Sequence record: DRR723986_3279
Direction: 5' to 3' (one strand)
DNA length: 64,000 nucleotides
Below the pieces are notes generated by a model. The model saw only the letters and a program-made list of their open reading frames with translations. It did not search any database and had not been told where the DNA came from. Position numbers and translations under genes: made by a program. Numbering within the stretch: position 1 is the stretch's first letter; every line of letters starts with the position of its first letter. Shown piece by piece: positions 8,709 to 18,784 of this stretch.

Positions 8709-9716
8709 CTATAGAACCGAGAAGTCCGGACCTTTTTTCAAATCGATAAAATCAGCAATGGCTTTCCACACCGCCGCACGATGTTCGTCAGATTCTTTCA
8801 GAATCTCGTGCATAGCGCCTTCGATGGAAACCAGCCGACCATTGGGCAAATGGGCCGCTATATCGGTTTGGGCATCGTTATCAACAATCTGGTCTTCGCT
8901 GGCCTGCAAAATGAGGATCGGTTCTTCAATTTTTTCAGCATAGCCAGGCGCTGTTAAAATCGCGCAGGAGCGAATGGCCTCAAGCAACCACTTATAGGTA
9001 ACACCTCCAACTGCCAGCCGTTTGTCCTTGCCCTGAATGAAAAAGTCTTCGTCTTCAAATCGCTCATCATCGCTGGTCAACTTCCTGCGCCAACCCCAAC
9101 GCCCTTTCTTAAAGGCCTTATGGCCGGGTACGTAAGCCGCGCCCAAACCAACAAAGTTCATCATAAATGCCAATGCGTGGGTTATAAAGCGCGGCACACC
9201 ACCGCCAGCAATGCGCACCATCGGTGCTATCAATATAGCAGCGTCCGCATCGCGCGGATGGTCATGTAAGTGCCGCAATATCACATGGCTGCCCGCTGAA
9301 TGGCCCATCAAAATATAGGGCTTAGGCATTTTACCCGCGATAGCCATCTCGAAAAGCTGATGCACATCTTCAATATGGGGGTCAAAACTTCTAACATAGT
9401 GCTTATCGCGGTTAGGGTGCACACGCGCAGACATACCCTGCCCGCGTAGGTCCATCGCCGCACAGGCAAAGCCCAGCCCATTCCATATATGAACATCTTC
9501 AATGAATTTTTCGATAAATTCCGTACGGCCCGGCATAAAGATAATGGTGCCCTTGGTATCTAACACCTTACTAGCCGGGAACCGGGCAAATCGCATCGAT
9601 TCCCCGTCGGTAGACTCAAAATAATCGAAAATCGCGTCTTCGGGTGGCTCCCGACGCTTTTCCTTGGCGCGAGCCAATAACTCCGCAGAGGGGTAGGTGT
9701 CTGTGCTATCAGTCAA
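8709..9716 (-). CDS. Alpha/beta hydrolase, lysophospholipase L2 (PldB)-like
   Basis: PGRTEFIEK, DLRGQGMS, GHSAG nucleophile elbow, GAMHEILKE. Confidence 0.85.
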   Translation of the reverse strand: MTDSTDTYPSAELLARAKEKRREPPEDAIFDYFESTDGESMRFARFPASKVLDTKGTIIFMPGRTEFIEKFIEDVHIWNGLGFACAAMDLRGQGMSARVHPNRDKHYVRSFDPHIEDVHQLFEMAIAGKMPKPYILMGHSAGSHVILRHLHDHPRDADAAILIAPMVRIAGGGVPRFITHALAFMMNFVGLGAAYVPGHKAFKKGRWGWRRKLTSDDERFEDEDFFIQGKDKRLAVGGVTYKWLLEAIRSCAILTAPGYAEKIEEPILILQASEDQIVDNDAQTDIAAHLPNGRLVSIEGAMHEILKESDEHRAAVWKAIADFIDLKKGPDFSVL

Positions 9717-9871
9717 AGACCAGCCTTCCAGTCACGTAAAAATTCTTATCAACTCCCCCAAGTGGTTAACGTAGCCAATTTGATGGCATAGATTCAACCT
9801 TTAAATCTGATTTCATGATTATTTTTACGCTTTGCGAACAAGCCATAGTAGAAAACCGACACTATTTGTGG

Positions 9872-9889
9872 CTGTCACAAAACTGTCAT
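9872..9889 (+). promoter_or_regulatory. Pho box (PhoB-type direct repeat) upstream of the tadG operon
   Basis: CTGTCAC-AAAA-CTGTCAT, matching the canonical 11-bp-period Pho box. Confidence 0.6.
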
Positions 9890-10069
9890 TCTAACCTATT
9901 GATATAAAAATCAATAATCCTGAAACTGTTGCGGCAACCTATCGTTCACAGATCAAAACCACTGCCCGAATAATAGCTAAATATAAGCTAGAATTGTCTG
10001 CATTCATTTACATTTTTTTCGCGTTATGGCCTTAGAGTCGTCCTTGTAAATCAGGCAACAGGTAGGCAC

Positions 10070-11575
10070 ATGAAACCATCAATATATTTGCGCGTATTGG
10101 CGAAAAATCTAGCCAGAAATTTTGCATCTCGCCTTATTACCGACGAACGGGGCAGCCTTATTCCGGCGGTGGCTGGCAGCATTTTGGTGCTAACCGGCGC
10201 TACCGGCCTAACCGTAGACGGCGCCCGTATGTTTTACGTGAAAGATGTGTTGCAAAAGTCATTAGACAGCGCAGGGTTGGCGGCAGGCCATGCTCTTGAT
10301 GTGGACAACATGGAGGCCGATGCCCGCGAGTTTTTTGAAGCCAACATCGCCTCTGTCGACAATGTGGCATCAGGTGCCAACATGACCATATCGGTTAGCG
10401 ACGACAATGAAACAATCACCCTCACAGCAGACGCCACGGTAAGCGCCACCTTCATGAGCATATTCGGTTTTGGTGATATCACCGTGTCTGCCAGCACCGA
10501 AATCACCCGCGAAACTCGGGGTATGGAGCTTGTGCTGGTTATGGATAACACCGGATCCATGCGCCATGACGGCAAGATAGATACCATGAAAGAAGCCGCA
10601 ACCAACTTGGTTAATGTTGTGTACGGCGACGAGGAAACCAACACCAACCTATGGGTCGGTGTTGTGCCGTATATTACCCAAGTGAATGTGGGTAACGCCC
10701 ATGAAGCATGGTTGTCGACAGACGGCCAGGCACTGGTAGACACCGGCTTTCCCGGCACTGAATGGATGGGCTGCATTGCCGCCCGCGAAGACGGTCTTGA
10801 TGAAACAGACACACCGCCAACCGACGAACCCTTTGAGCCATACTACTGGCAAGATACAGACTATGAAGGTTGGCACTATGTAAACGGCACCGGCTGGGTT
10901 TTTGGCCAAACCGATAACAATTGGTTTGATGAAACTAACGGCAACACCATCACCATTGTTGAGGAAAACGACCGCACTGATGCCATTGGCCCAAATCGGG
11001 GTTGCGGCGAGCAAATAACCCCTTTGGTGGCAGAAAAAACCAAAGTAACCGACGCCATTGACGACATGGCCCCCTGGTCGTTTGGCGGCACGGCAACCCC
11101 TATGGGGCTGGTGTGGGGCTGGCGTGTGCTGAGCCCCCGTTGGCGCGGCCTTTGGGCGGGCAGTGAAGCTGACTTGCCGGTTGATTACGGCACCCCCTTC
11201 ATGGACAAGGTTATTGTGGTTCTGACCGACGGCAAAAACGAGTTTATCGAGCCTTCTTCCTGGCCAGACCCCTTACCGGGCATTTCTGACTATACCGCCT
11301 ACGGCACCGCCGCAGACATGGGTCATGCATCTGTCGATGAAGCCCGGGACGACTTGGACGAACGCTTTGACCGCATATGCACCAACATCAAAGACGATAG
11401 CGTGATTATATATTCCATCACCTTTGGCAGCACCCCAGATGATACGGTTAAAACAGCCTTTGAGAATTGCGCTACCAACCCAAGCTTTTACTTCCATGCC
11501 CCCACGGCGGCATCATTGGAGTCAGCCTTTGAGACCATTGGCCGTCAGCTCTCTAACTTGCGGCTTTCAAAGTGA
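10070..11575 (+). CDS. tadG: TadG-like pilus protein with vWA domain
   Basis: DERG pilin-like cleavage site plus hydrophobic helix, LQKSLDSAGLAAG, MIDAS DNTGS, VVLTDG, C-terminal LRLSK. Confidence 0.9.
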   Translation: MKPSIYLRVLAKNLARNFASRLITDERGSLIPAVAGSILVLTGATGLTVDGARMFYVKDVLQKSLDSAGLAAGHALDVDNMEADAREFFEANIASVDNVASGANMTISVSDDNETITLTADATVSATFMSIFGFGDITVSASTEITRETRGMELVLVMDNTGSMRHDGKIDTMKEAATNLVNVVYGDEETNTNLWVGVVPYITQVNVGNAHEAWLSTDGQALVDTGFPGTEWMGCIAAREDGLDETDTPPTDEPFEPYYWQDTDYEGWHYVNGTGWVFGQTDNNWFDETNGNTITIVEENDRTDAIGPNRGCGEQITPLVAEKTKVTDAIDDMAPWSFGGTATPMGLVWGWRVLSPRWRGLWAGSEADLPVDYGTPFMDKVIVVLTDGKNEFIEPSSWPDPLPGISDYTAYGTAADMGHASVDEARDDLDERFDRICTNIKDDSVIIYSITFGSTPDDTVKTAFENCATNPSFYFHAPTAASLESAFETIGRQLSNLRLSK

Positions 11576-11588
11576 ACGAGGTGGCAAA

Positions 11589-12149
11589 ATGATAAAGCTT
11601 CTGCCAACAAAACGCCTGATGCAGGACGAACGCGGCAGTGCCATGGTTGAAGCGGCGCTGGGTATTCCGGTTTTGCTCACCGCACTGGTGGGTGTATTTG
11701 AAATTGCCAATTTTTACTTTGTGTCTGCGTCTGTTGAAAATGCAGTGCTGCATGCCTCTCGTTTCGGGGTGACCGGCGGCGCAGATGACGGCGTAACCCG
11801 GGAAGAACAAGTGCGCGCCATTATCAGCGAGCAAACTTTCGGTATGGTGGACATGGACACGGTGGTGATTGAAACACTGGTTTATGAGCAATTTGCCGAT
11901 ATCGGCGAACCCGAACCCTTCACCGACATAAACGATAGCGGTGACTGGGATGAGGGCGAGCCTTACGCAGACATAAACGGCAACGGCACATGGGACGACG
12001 ACATGGCCGTTGCGGGGCTGGGCGGTGCGGGCGACATTGTGTTATACCGTGTGAATTATGAGGCCAACAGCCTGACCGGCTTTATGGACTGGGCGCACAG
12101 AGCGCTTAACATCAGTTCAACCGTGGCGGTGCGCAATGAACCTTTTTAA
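11589..12149 (+). CDS. tadE: TadE-like minor pilin with Ca-binding insert
   Basis: DERGSAMVEAAL G-x4-E motif; two EP(F/Y)xDINxxGxWD repeats; C-terminal VRNEPF. Confidence 0.88.
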   Translation: MIKLLPTKRLMQDERGSAMVEAALGIPVLLTALVGVFEIANFYFVSASVENAVLHASRFGVTGGADDGVTREEQVRAIISEQTFGMVDMDTVVIETLVYEQFADIGEPEPFTDINDSGDWDEGEPYADINGNGTWDDDMAVAGLGGAGDIVLYRVNYEANSLTGFMDWAHRALNISSTVAVRNEPF

Positions 12150-12729
12150 AACAAAGCTTTTTACCGCAAAAAAACTGCTGCGGACGCTCAAACGCGATGA
12201 GCGCGGCGCTATATTGGCAGAACTTGCCTTCGCCATGCCGCTGTTTTTATCGTTCCTCACGGGCATTGTTGAGGTAGGCAACTATTTGCTGGTGAACCTG
12301 AAGCTTCAACATTCAGTGGTATCGATCGCTGACCTTGTTACCCGCGACGAACAAATTTCCGAAGATGTCATGGTGGATATATTCGCAGCAGCGCCGCAGA
12401 TAATGGCCCCTTTTGAAATGGGCGCGGATGCATTGGTTATTGTCACCGCCATCAGCCAAACCGAAGACGACCCCGCCAGCATTTATTGGCAACGACAAGG
12501 CGGTGGCTCGTTCAATGCCGTTAGCGAGTTTGGCCTTGAAGGCGAAGCACCTGCTTTACCCGACGGGCTAACAATGCGCGACGATGAAACTATTCTCGCT
12601 ACTGAAATATTTTTCAGTTATGAGCCGATTATTTTTCAGTTCATTCCGGCGCAAACCATCCGCAAAGTGTCCTTCTTTCGGCCGCGCATTGGTGCCTTGC
12701 AAACGGTGGAGCCAGCCCCAGGCGTTTAA
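12136..12729 (+). CDS. TadE/TadF-like minor pilin
   Basis: DERGAILAELAFAMP motif; FFRPR near the C-terminus. Confidence 0.85.
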   Translation: MNLFKTKLFTAKKLLRTLKRDERGAILAELAFAMPLFLSFLTGIVEVGNYLLVNLKLQHSVVSIADLVTRDEQISEDVMVDIFAAAPQIMAPFEMGADALVIVTAISQTEDDPASIYWQRQGGGSFNAVSEFGLEGEAPALPDGLTMRDDETILATEIFFSYEPIIFQFIPAQTIRKVSFFRPRIGALQTVEPAPGV

Positions 12730-12992
12730 CCTGTTCGGCCTAATACGTCTTCACGCCTTACTGTCATTTCCGGTCTGTTTTGTCCCGTCGCTCGCGTAGC
12801 CCGGCACAGTCTGGTTGCGACAAAAACTTATCCCACGCCAAATATCCGCCATACATTTGTCTAACTTAACCGTTCATAAAACATTCAGGAAGGCTATGGC
12901 ACTTTAGTCTCAAGAACAAAACACTTGGCACAGAAGATACAGCATAGACCAAGTGAAGCCTGCAGATAGGCAGCGACGAGGACACAAGAGCA

Positions 12993-14117
12993 ATGACCTT
13001 TGTAAACACAGTGAACGGTAATGAAGTTTTTGACGGCTCCGGCAGCGACAGTTTCTTTCTCGCAGGCAGCGGCGATGACTTTCTGGTTGGCGGCGGCGGC
13101 GATGACTATTTAAGCGGTGGCGTGGGTGATGACTTTATTGTGGGCGGTGGTTTTGACGATGGCTTCATCGCGCATATCGATTGGTACGGCGACCTGAACT
13201 TTTTCGCCCCCGTTATCCCTGACGACCCGTTCTTTGATGGCCGCGACACATTGTTGGGCGGTACAGGCAACGACACAATTATCGGCGCGGGCTGGAATGA
13301 CAGCCTTGTTGACGATAACGGCCTGTTTGACTTCGGCGAAGTAGAAGGCCCGGCCTTTGTGATTGCCCTTCCCGGCGCTGAACCTGAAAATGATATCTGG
13401 GCCGGTTCGGGCGATGACCTCGTTTTGGGCGGGTTTTTCTCCGACATTATTGGCGGCGGTTCCGGTGACGATGATTTGTCCGGGCTTGGCGGTGACGATA
13501 TATTATTTGGCGGATCTGGCAACGATACGCTGGACGGCGGTGCTGGCTTCGATTCACTTTTTGGTGGCTCGGGTAACGACGAGATTTTTGCCGGCGCGCA
13601 AGCCGATGATATCTGGGGCGGTGCTGGTAACGACACCATTTACGGCGAAGACGGCGACGACCTGGTAGGCGCACGCGAAGGCGACGACGATGTTTTTGCA
13701 GGCGCTGGCAACGATACCGTTTTCGGCGGCAGCGGTGATGATATCATTGCGGGTGCAGGCGGCGCAGATGCACTGTTCGGTGGTTCGGGTAATGACACGG
13801 TTTGGGGCGACGCAGGCGACGATGACATTTTCGGCGGTACCGGCGACGATGCTTTGATCGGCGGTTTTGGCGACGACTATTTCTATTTCGCTGACGGCCA
13901 CGGTGATGACACCATTGATGACTTCGACATATTTGATGACACGCTGGTGCTTGAGTTTATTGATGACATCAACAATTTCAATGACCTGCTGTTCTTCTCG
14001 TTTGAAACAGTAATAGACGGCCAGTTTGGCACCCTTATTGAGACATCTGTTTCGGATAGTATTTTCCTGGTTGGGCTGAGCGAAAACGATTTGGCCGCTG
14101 CAGATGTAATTTTTTAG
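12993..14117 (+). CDS. RTX (hemolysin-type Ca-binding) repeat protein, probable type I secretion substrate
   Basis: Many GGxGxDxLx nonapeptides; C-terminal GHGDDTIDDF...D.L.L and terminal DVIF; no signal peptide. Confidence 0.9.
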   Translation: MTFVNTVNGNEVFDGSGSDSFFLAGSGDDFLVGGGGDDYLSGGVGDDFIVGGGFDDGFIAHIDWYGDLNFFAPVIPDDPFFDGRDTLLGGTGNDTIIGAGWNDSLVDDNGLFDFGEVEGPAFVIALPGAEPENDIWAGSGDDLVLGGFFSDIIGGGSGDDDLSGLGGDDILFGGSGNDTLDGGAGFDSLFGGSGNDEIFAGAQADDIWGGAGNDTIYGEDGDDLVGAREGDDDVFAGAGNDTVFGGSGDDIIAGAGGADALFGGSGNDTVWGDAGDDDIFGGTGDDALIGGFGDDYFYFADGHGDDTIDDFDIFDDTLVLEFIDDINNFNDLLFFSFETVIDGQFGTLIETSVSDSIFLVGLSENDLAAADVIF

Positions 14118-14587
14118 ATCGGAGAAATACTTAAAGCTCAAAAATTAGCAAAAAGAATAGCCCAAAAAACTGCCCCTAAATTACTTAACGGGCTTACCTA
14201 GCGGGCAAAACCGACGACCTATCTCCCTACCCTATGGCTCCTTAAGCACTTAAAACAGGGAGATAACGCTGCGGCACTTTGAGGGTATCCCTTCCCCTCA
14301 AAGTGTCGTGGCCCCATTTTCAACTTCATGGCTTTATGCCACTCCTGCCTTGCCTAATACCCGATACCCAATACCCCGATTCTAAATTGTCGCTATTTGG
14401 CGCTGAAAACAGCCCGATTCTGTTAATTTTTCATCACTGTCACATCAAATTTTGTAAGCAAAACCTGAAATTTCTGGATTTTCTTTCAGTTTATTTCATA
14501 CCGAGCCCCACCGCACGGCAAAGCCAAAAAACTGCCTAAAATTGTCTCAAAGCTGAAAAAGCCAACCCAAACAATGCCTCTTAAAAT

Positions 14588-14691
14588 TTAAATGAAACTT
14601 ACGTAAAATTAGAGCTAAATTTTAGATCAAATATACTATAACTTATTGTTTTTAAACGTTTTTTACGTTTCCACATTAACTTTTTGTTCAC
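14588..14691 (+). promoter_or_regulatory. Three CtrA-like boxes upstream of the pilin gene
   Basis: TTAA-N7-TTAC (14588-14602), TTAA-N7-TTAC (14652-14666), TTAA-N7-TTCAC (14676-14691); resembles the multi-site CtrA control of Caulobacter pilA. Confidence 0.65.
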
Positions 14692-14742
14692 ACCTGCAGG
14701 GCTAATCATTGTGCATCCAATCTTGGCAGCTGGAGAAAGAAA

Positions 14743-14949
14743 ATGCTCAAGTTTATGAAAACACTACACCGCAACGAAGAAGGCGCTACCGCCATTGAAT
14801 ATGGTCTGATCGCCGCATTGGTTGCAATCGCACTAATCACAGCACTGGGTGCACTCGGCACCTCGCTGGACGGCATGTTTACAGGTGTGTCTGACACGCT
14901 TGATGCCAATGCCCCTGCAGGAGCAGCGGCACCGGCGCCTGCACCTTAA
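14743..14949 (+). CDS. pilA: Flp/Fap major pilin
   Basis: EEGATAIEYGLIAALVAIALI Flp motif; GGAGA RBS. Confidence 0.97.
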   Translation: MLKFMKTLHRNEEGATAIEYGLIAALVAIALITALGALGTSLDGMFTGVSDTLDANAPAGAAAPAPAP

Positions 14950-14977
14950 TAGTAGACGCACCTAAGGCTAACGACAG

Positions 14978-15018
14978 ATAGCCGTCGGGGGCAGTGTCTT
15001 CCGGCGGCTATTCTTTTG
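14978..15018 (+). terminator. Stem-loop downstream of the pilin (terminator/stabiliser)
   Basis: ATAGCCGTCGGGG...CTTCCGGCGGCTAT followed by TCTTTT. Confidence 0.7.
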
Positions 15019-15109
15019 AAAGCAGATATTCTTTTGGCATGAGCGACAGGCAGCCCTGCAAGCCCCAAGTGGTTTCAGGACATCGCTCAACAAACCTCAG
15101 GTGGAACCA

Positions 15110-15595
15110 ATGGCCAGCATGGTCGAAACAGGCATTTATACAGCAGTTATTGCCGTCCTCATTTGGGCCGCAGCAACTGACTTGAGAGAAAGGCGGATAC
15201 CCAACATCCAGCCGCTTCTCATCGCCTACCTGTTCGGCCTTATGGCCCTTTGGCAATTACAAAAAGGCGATACGTTCCTGAACGCCGCAGCAGGGCCGCT
15301 AGTGGCCGGGCTGTTGGTGTTTGGCTTTTGTGTCGTTCTCTTCGCACTCAAGCTTATGGGTGGCGGCGACGTCAAGCTCATGGCGGCAGTCGCGCTTTTT
15401 GCCGGACCAACCCTCAGCGCTTCGTTTCTGCTTTTTGTGGCAGTGGCAGGCGGTTTGGTTGCGCTGGCAACACTTATCCATACCCGCCTGAAGCCACTGT
15501 TTGCAGCTGGCCCGCCCCAAGTACCATACGGCGTTGCCATCATGGCAGGCGGCATGTGGGTTTGCCTGCAAAAAGTCTCAGTACCAACAGCCTGA
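15110..15595 (+). CDS. cpaA: Prepilin peptidase CpaA/TadV (A24)
   Basis: TDLRERRIPN, MGGGDVKL, PYGVAI. Confidence 0.93.
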   Translation: MASMVETGIYTAVIAVLIWAAATDLRERRIPNIQPLLIAYLFGLMALWQLQKGDTFLNAAAGPLVAGLLVFGFCVVLFALKLMGGGDVKLMAAVALFAGPTLSASFLLFVAVAGGLVALATLIHTRLKPLFAAGPPQVPYGVAIMAGGMWVCLQKVSVPTA

Positions 15596-15657
15596 AGTAG
15601 AAGCAGAAAGACGGCTACGGCCTTCTCTTACCAAGCGATTTTAGCAGGAGACAAGAC

Positions 15658-16587
15658 ATGAACCCCAGAAGTCTTATCCTAATTGCCGTAGCGCTCATAG
15701 GCGTTGTCGGCGTGGTGTTTTTCACCCGGTCATTCCTGAGCGGTATGCAACAACAGGCACAGCAGGCGCAGACCGTAAGCGCACCGGCTCCAACTGCAAA
15801 AATACTGGTTGCAGCGAAAGACCTACCGGTTGGCACCATTCTCACGTCCGACGATGTAGCTTGGCAGCCTTGGCCGCAAAACGGCATGAATGAAGCCTAC
15901 TTCAGCGGCAATCGCCACAAGCTTAAAGATGTTGACGGCAAAGTTGTTCGCTCACCGATGAGCCAGGGCGAACCGGTGACTGCCTCTGCGGTTATCTCTC
16001 AGGGCGAGCGCGGGTTTTTGGCGGCAATTCTGACATCAGGGATGCGCGCTGTTACCATCAAGCTATCGCCTGTGGCCGGTATTGGGGGGTTTGTTTTCCC
16101 CGGAGACCGGGTCGATGTCATCCTGACTCACACCATTGAGGTGTCGCGGGCGGAGAAATATACCGCCGCTGAAACCGTGTTCCAGAATGTACGCGTGTTG
16201 GCTGTGGACCAACGCAGTGCGGTCGAGGACGAAAAAATCCAGATCGGTAAAACCGCCACCATAGAGGTAACACCCAAAATGGCTGAAAAAGTAGCCATGT
16301 TGGAGAAATTAGGCGTTCTGTCCCTTAGTCTGCGCAGCCTTACCGGCGATGACGCTCAGGTTGCAGGCCGTAATCCGGACAGCCCGCCCATTAGCATTAC
16401 CACAAGCCATACGCTCGGCCATGAAATTAGCCGGTTTCTGCCGGAAATGGACGCCGAGGCCGCCACCAACACCGTGCGGGTTAGCCGGGGTAACCAATTG
16501 TCAACCATCGAAATCGGTGCCGCCACCATTGGCGGCAAGCCATCCGCAAAAGCTGGCACCAGCGCTAGTGCAGGAGATGACCTATGA
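15658..16587 (+). CDS. cpaB: Flp pilus assembly protein CpaB/RcpC
   Basis: SAF domain LVAAKDLPVG; GMRAVTI; GGFVFPGDRVDVILT; LSLSLRS. Confidence 0.95.
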   Translation: MNPRSLILIAVALIGVVGVVFFTRSFLSGMQQQAQQAQTVSAPAPTAKILVAAKDLPVGTILTSDDVAWQPWPQNGMNEAYFSGNRHKLKDVDGKVVRSPMSQGEPVTASAVISQGERGFLAAILTSGMRAVTIKLSPVAGIGGFVFPGDRVDVILTHTIEVSRAEKYTAAETVFQNVRVLAVDQRSAVEDEKIQIGKTATIEVTPKMAEKVAMLEKLGVLSLSLRSLTGDDAQVAGRNPDSPPISITTSHTLGHEISRFLPEMDAEAATNTVRVSRGNQLSTIEIGAATIGGKPSAKAGTSASAGDDL

Positions 16588-18056
16588 GACGTGACCGCAC
16601 AAATGCTACCGGTGCCATCACCGGGTTTCTCGTATTCGCTGTTTTCATGGTTGCAGCGGCAGCAACTGCACAGGCTGTTCAGGCCGCTCAGACTAAACCT
16701 TTAACGGAAAAACACGGTGCCAGCGTACTGGCACCAAACGATGGCAACCTGCTCGTTGAGGTCAACAAAGGTACGCTCATTCGGCTTGACCGACCCGCGT
16801 CTGAAGTGTTCATTGCCAATCCCGAAATTGCCGATGTTCAGGTGAAGTCAAACCGGGTGGTTTATATTTTTGGCCGTGCGCAGGGCGAAACCAGTTTTTA
16901 TGCGCTTGATAAAGACGACCAAACCATCTTTTCGTCTAACATAACTGTCACCAGAAACCTGTCTGCCCTCAGAAATGCCTACACACGGCTTCTGCCCGGC
17001 GCGCCCTTAAAAGCTGTAATGCTTGGGCAACTGGTTGTGCTGGAAGGCAATGTGGGCTCGCCCGCAGAAGCGGCAATGGCCGAAGAGTTGGCCCGTTCCA
17101 TTTTGCTAACCGACCAAGTCATGAACAGCGTGAATGTGCTGCAACCCACACAGGTGAACCTGCGTGTGCGCATTGCAGAGGTTAGCCGCACGGTGCTGAA
17201 ACAATTGGGTGTCAATTGGGAGGGCTTTTACACTGGCTCTAATGTCGGCTTTGGCATCGCCAATGGCCGCGATGTGTCTAACATTATCGCAGACCCGGTT
17301 ACCCAGCTACCCATTGAAATTTTCAACCGGCCTGATGTGGGCAACTCGCTTTTCGGTGAAATTTTCACTGGCGGCGTTGACCTGAACTACGCCATCGATG
17401 CGCTAGACCAAGAAGGTTTCATCAAAGTACTGGCTGAACCTAACCTCACCGCCCTAACCGGCCAAAGTGCCAACTTTCTAGCGGGCGGCGAGTTTCCTAT
17501 CCCTATCCCAAGCCGTGATGGTTTGGGCATTGAATACCGTGAATTTGGCGTAAAGCTTGAGTTCACACCAACGGTGATGAGTACAGGCCGCATTTCCATG
17601 CATGTGAAGCCCGAGGTTAGCGACCTGTCCACCGCCGGTGCTATTCGGGTGGAAGGTATCAGTGTGCCGTCAATCAGCACGCGCAGGGCGGAAACCACGG
17701 TGGAGCTCGGCAGCGGCCAGTCGTTCGCTATTGCAGGCCTTATTGAAAATAACGTTGTGCAAGACAGCAACAGGTTCCCGGGCCTGGGTGACATACCCAT
17801 CATTGGCGCTTTGTTTCGTTCGGAAGAGTTTCGCCGCGAAGAAACGGAGCTACTGATCGTTATCACGCCCTACATCGTGCGCCCGGTCAGCGACCGCCAG
17901 ATGTCTCTGCCCACAGACCATTACATCGCGCCCAGCGACATGGACCGCTACCTGCACGGCAAACGTTGGCAGGAAAACGGCGGCAGCGCGCTCAAGAACC
18001 AAGACAAAAAAGCAGGCCCTTCGCTGAAGCAACGCGCCGGTTTCAAGCTTGATTAG
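16584..18056 (+). CDS. cpaC: Pilus secretin CpaC/RcpA
   Basis: IANPEIADV, QVNLRVRIAEV, LAEPNLTALTGQSANFLAGGEFP, PGLGDIPIIGALFRS, ETELLIVITPYIV. Confidence 0.96.
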   Translation: MRRDRTNATGAITGFLVFAVFMVAAAATAQAVQAAQTKPLTEKHGASVLAPNDGNLLVEVNKGTLIRLDRPASEVFIANPEIADVQVKSNRVVYIFGRAQGETSFYALDKDDQTIFSSNITVTRNLSALRNAYTRLLPGAPLKAVMLGQLVVLEGNVGSPAEAAMAEELARSILLTDQVMNSVNVLQPTQVNLRVRIAEVSRTVLKQLGVNWEGFYTGSNVGFGIANGRDVSNIIADPVTQLPIEIFNRPDVGNSLFGEIFTGGVDLNYAIDALDQEGFIKVLAEPNLTALTGQSANFLAGGEFPIPIPSRDGLGIEYREFGVKLEFTPTVMSTGRISMHVKPEVSDLSTAGAIRVEGISVPSISTRRAETTVELGSGQSFAIAGLIENNVVQDSNRFPGLGDIPIIGALFRSEEFRREETELLIVITPYIVRPVSDRQMSLPTDHYIAPSDMDRYLHGKRWQENGGSALKNQDKKAGPSLKQRAGFKLD

Positions 18057-18070
18057 AGAGGATTTCACCC

Positions 18071-18772
18071 ATGATTTCAACCACGACTAAAAAATCAAAC
18101 AGTCTTCTTAACCTTGTTGCAGTCACCGCAACTGCACTGTCGGTAACCGCCTGTCAGCACACGGCAGTGACAGCGCCCAGTCCTTCAGAAACCGTGAAGC
18201 GCAACGAAGTGAAAATGGTGCGCTTGCCTTTCCGCGTTGCCGCAGAAGATGACCAAACAGACACACCGTCCACTTACACGCTCAATGGCATTAATCTGTT
18301 TTTGCACAGCATTAACGCGGGCCATGCAGACGTGATCATGCTGGATGCAAATGGTGTCGCCCCAGAACGCCTTGATGCCATCGTGGATCATATCAATACC
18401 AAAGGACTGGTTTATGCAGGCAACAGTGCTTTAGGCGTTAAGCCCGCTGAGGGCGAAATCACGCTTTATGTTGAGCGGCATATTGTCATTCCGCCCAACT
18501 GCGGTACCTGGCGGGTTGAGACATCCGGTAACGATATCAATAACACTTCTGCCCATCATGGCTGTTCCACCATCGCCAATTTGGGCCTGATGATTGCCAA
18601 CCCGCGCGATCTGGTCGCCGGGCAAAGCAGCGGCAATTCCACCGCCGCAGCCGTTGGTGCCATTTATAGCCCAAAGGCAACCCCCACTGGCCCCACCATG
18701 ACCGTGTCTTTGGACGGACTGGCGAACCTGCCTGCCCCGTCTGGTGGCTCTGGCGGTAGCGACAACAAGTAA
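18071..18772 (+). CDS. cpaD: Pilus assembly lipoprotein CpaD
   Basis: Lipobox VTAC; PPNCG.W; GCST.ANLGLMIANPRDL. Confidence 0.9.
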   Translation: MISTTTKKSNSLLNLVAVTATALSVTACQHTAVTAPSPSETVKRNEVKMVRLPFRVAAEDDQTDTPSTYTLNGINLFLHSINAGHADVIMLDANGVAPERLDAIVDHINTKGLVYAGNSALGVKPAEGEITLYVERHIVIPPNCGTWRVETSGNDINNTSAHHGCSTIANLGLMIANPRDLVAGQSSGNSTAAAVGAIYSPKATPTGPTMTVSLDGLANLPAPSGGSGGSDNK

Positions 18773-18784
18773 GGGAGCATATTC

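Noticed and set aside
11424..11588. Extended N-terminus of TadE in the ORF track
   Set aside because: Overlaps tadG; the ATG at 11589 with a GAGG RBS gives a normal prepilin leader.
12925..12942. Possible sigma-54 promoter before the RTX gene (TTGGCACAGAAGATAC)
   Set aside because: Good -24 element but the conserved -12 GC is missing.
13106..14141. Long antisense ORFs over the RTX gene
   Set aside because: Shadow frames produced by GGC/GAC-rich repeat codons; the same applies to the many antisense ORFs over the tad and metabolic genes.
14279..14539. 86-aa ORF upstream of the pilin
   Set aside because: TTG start, no motif, lies in the AT-rich regulatory region.
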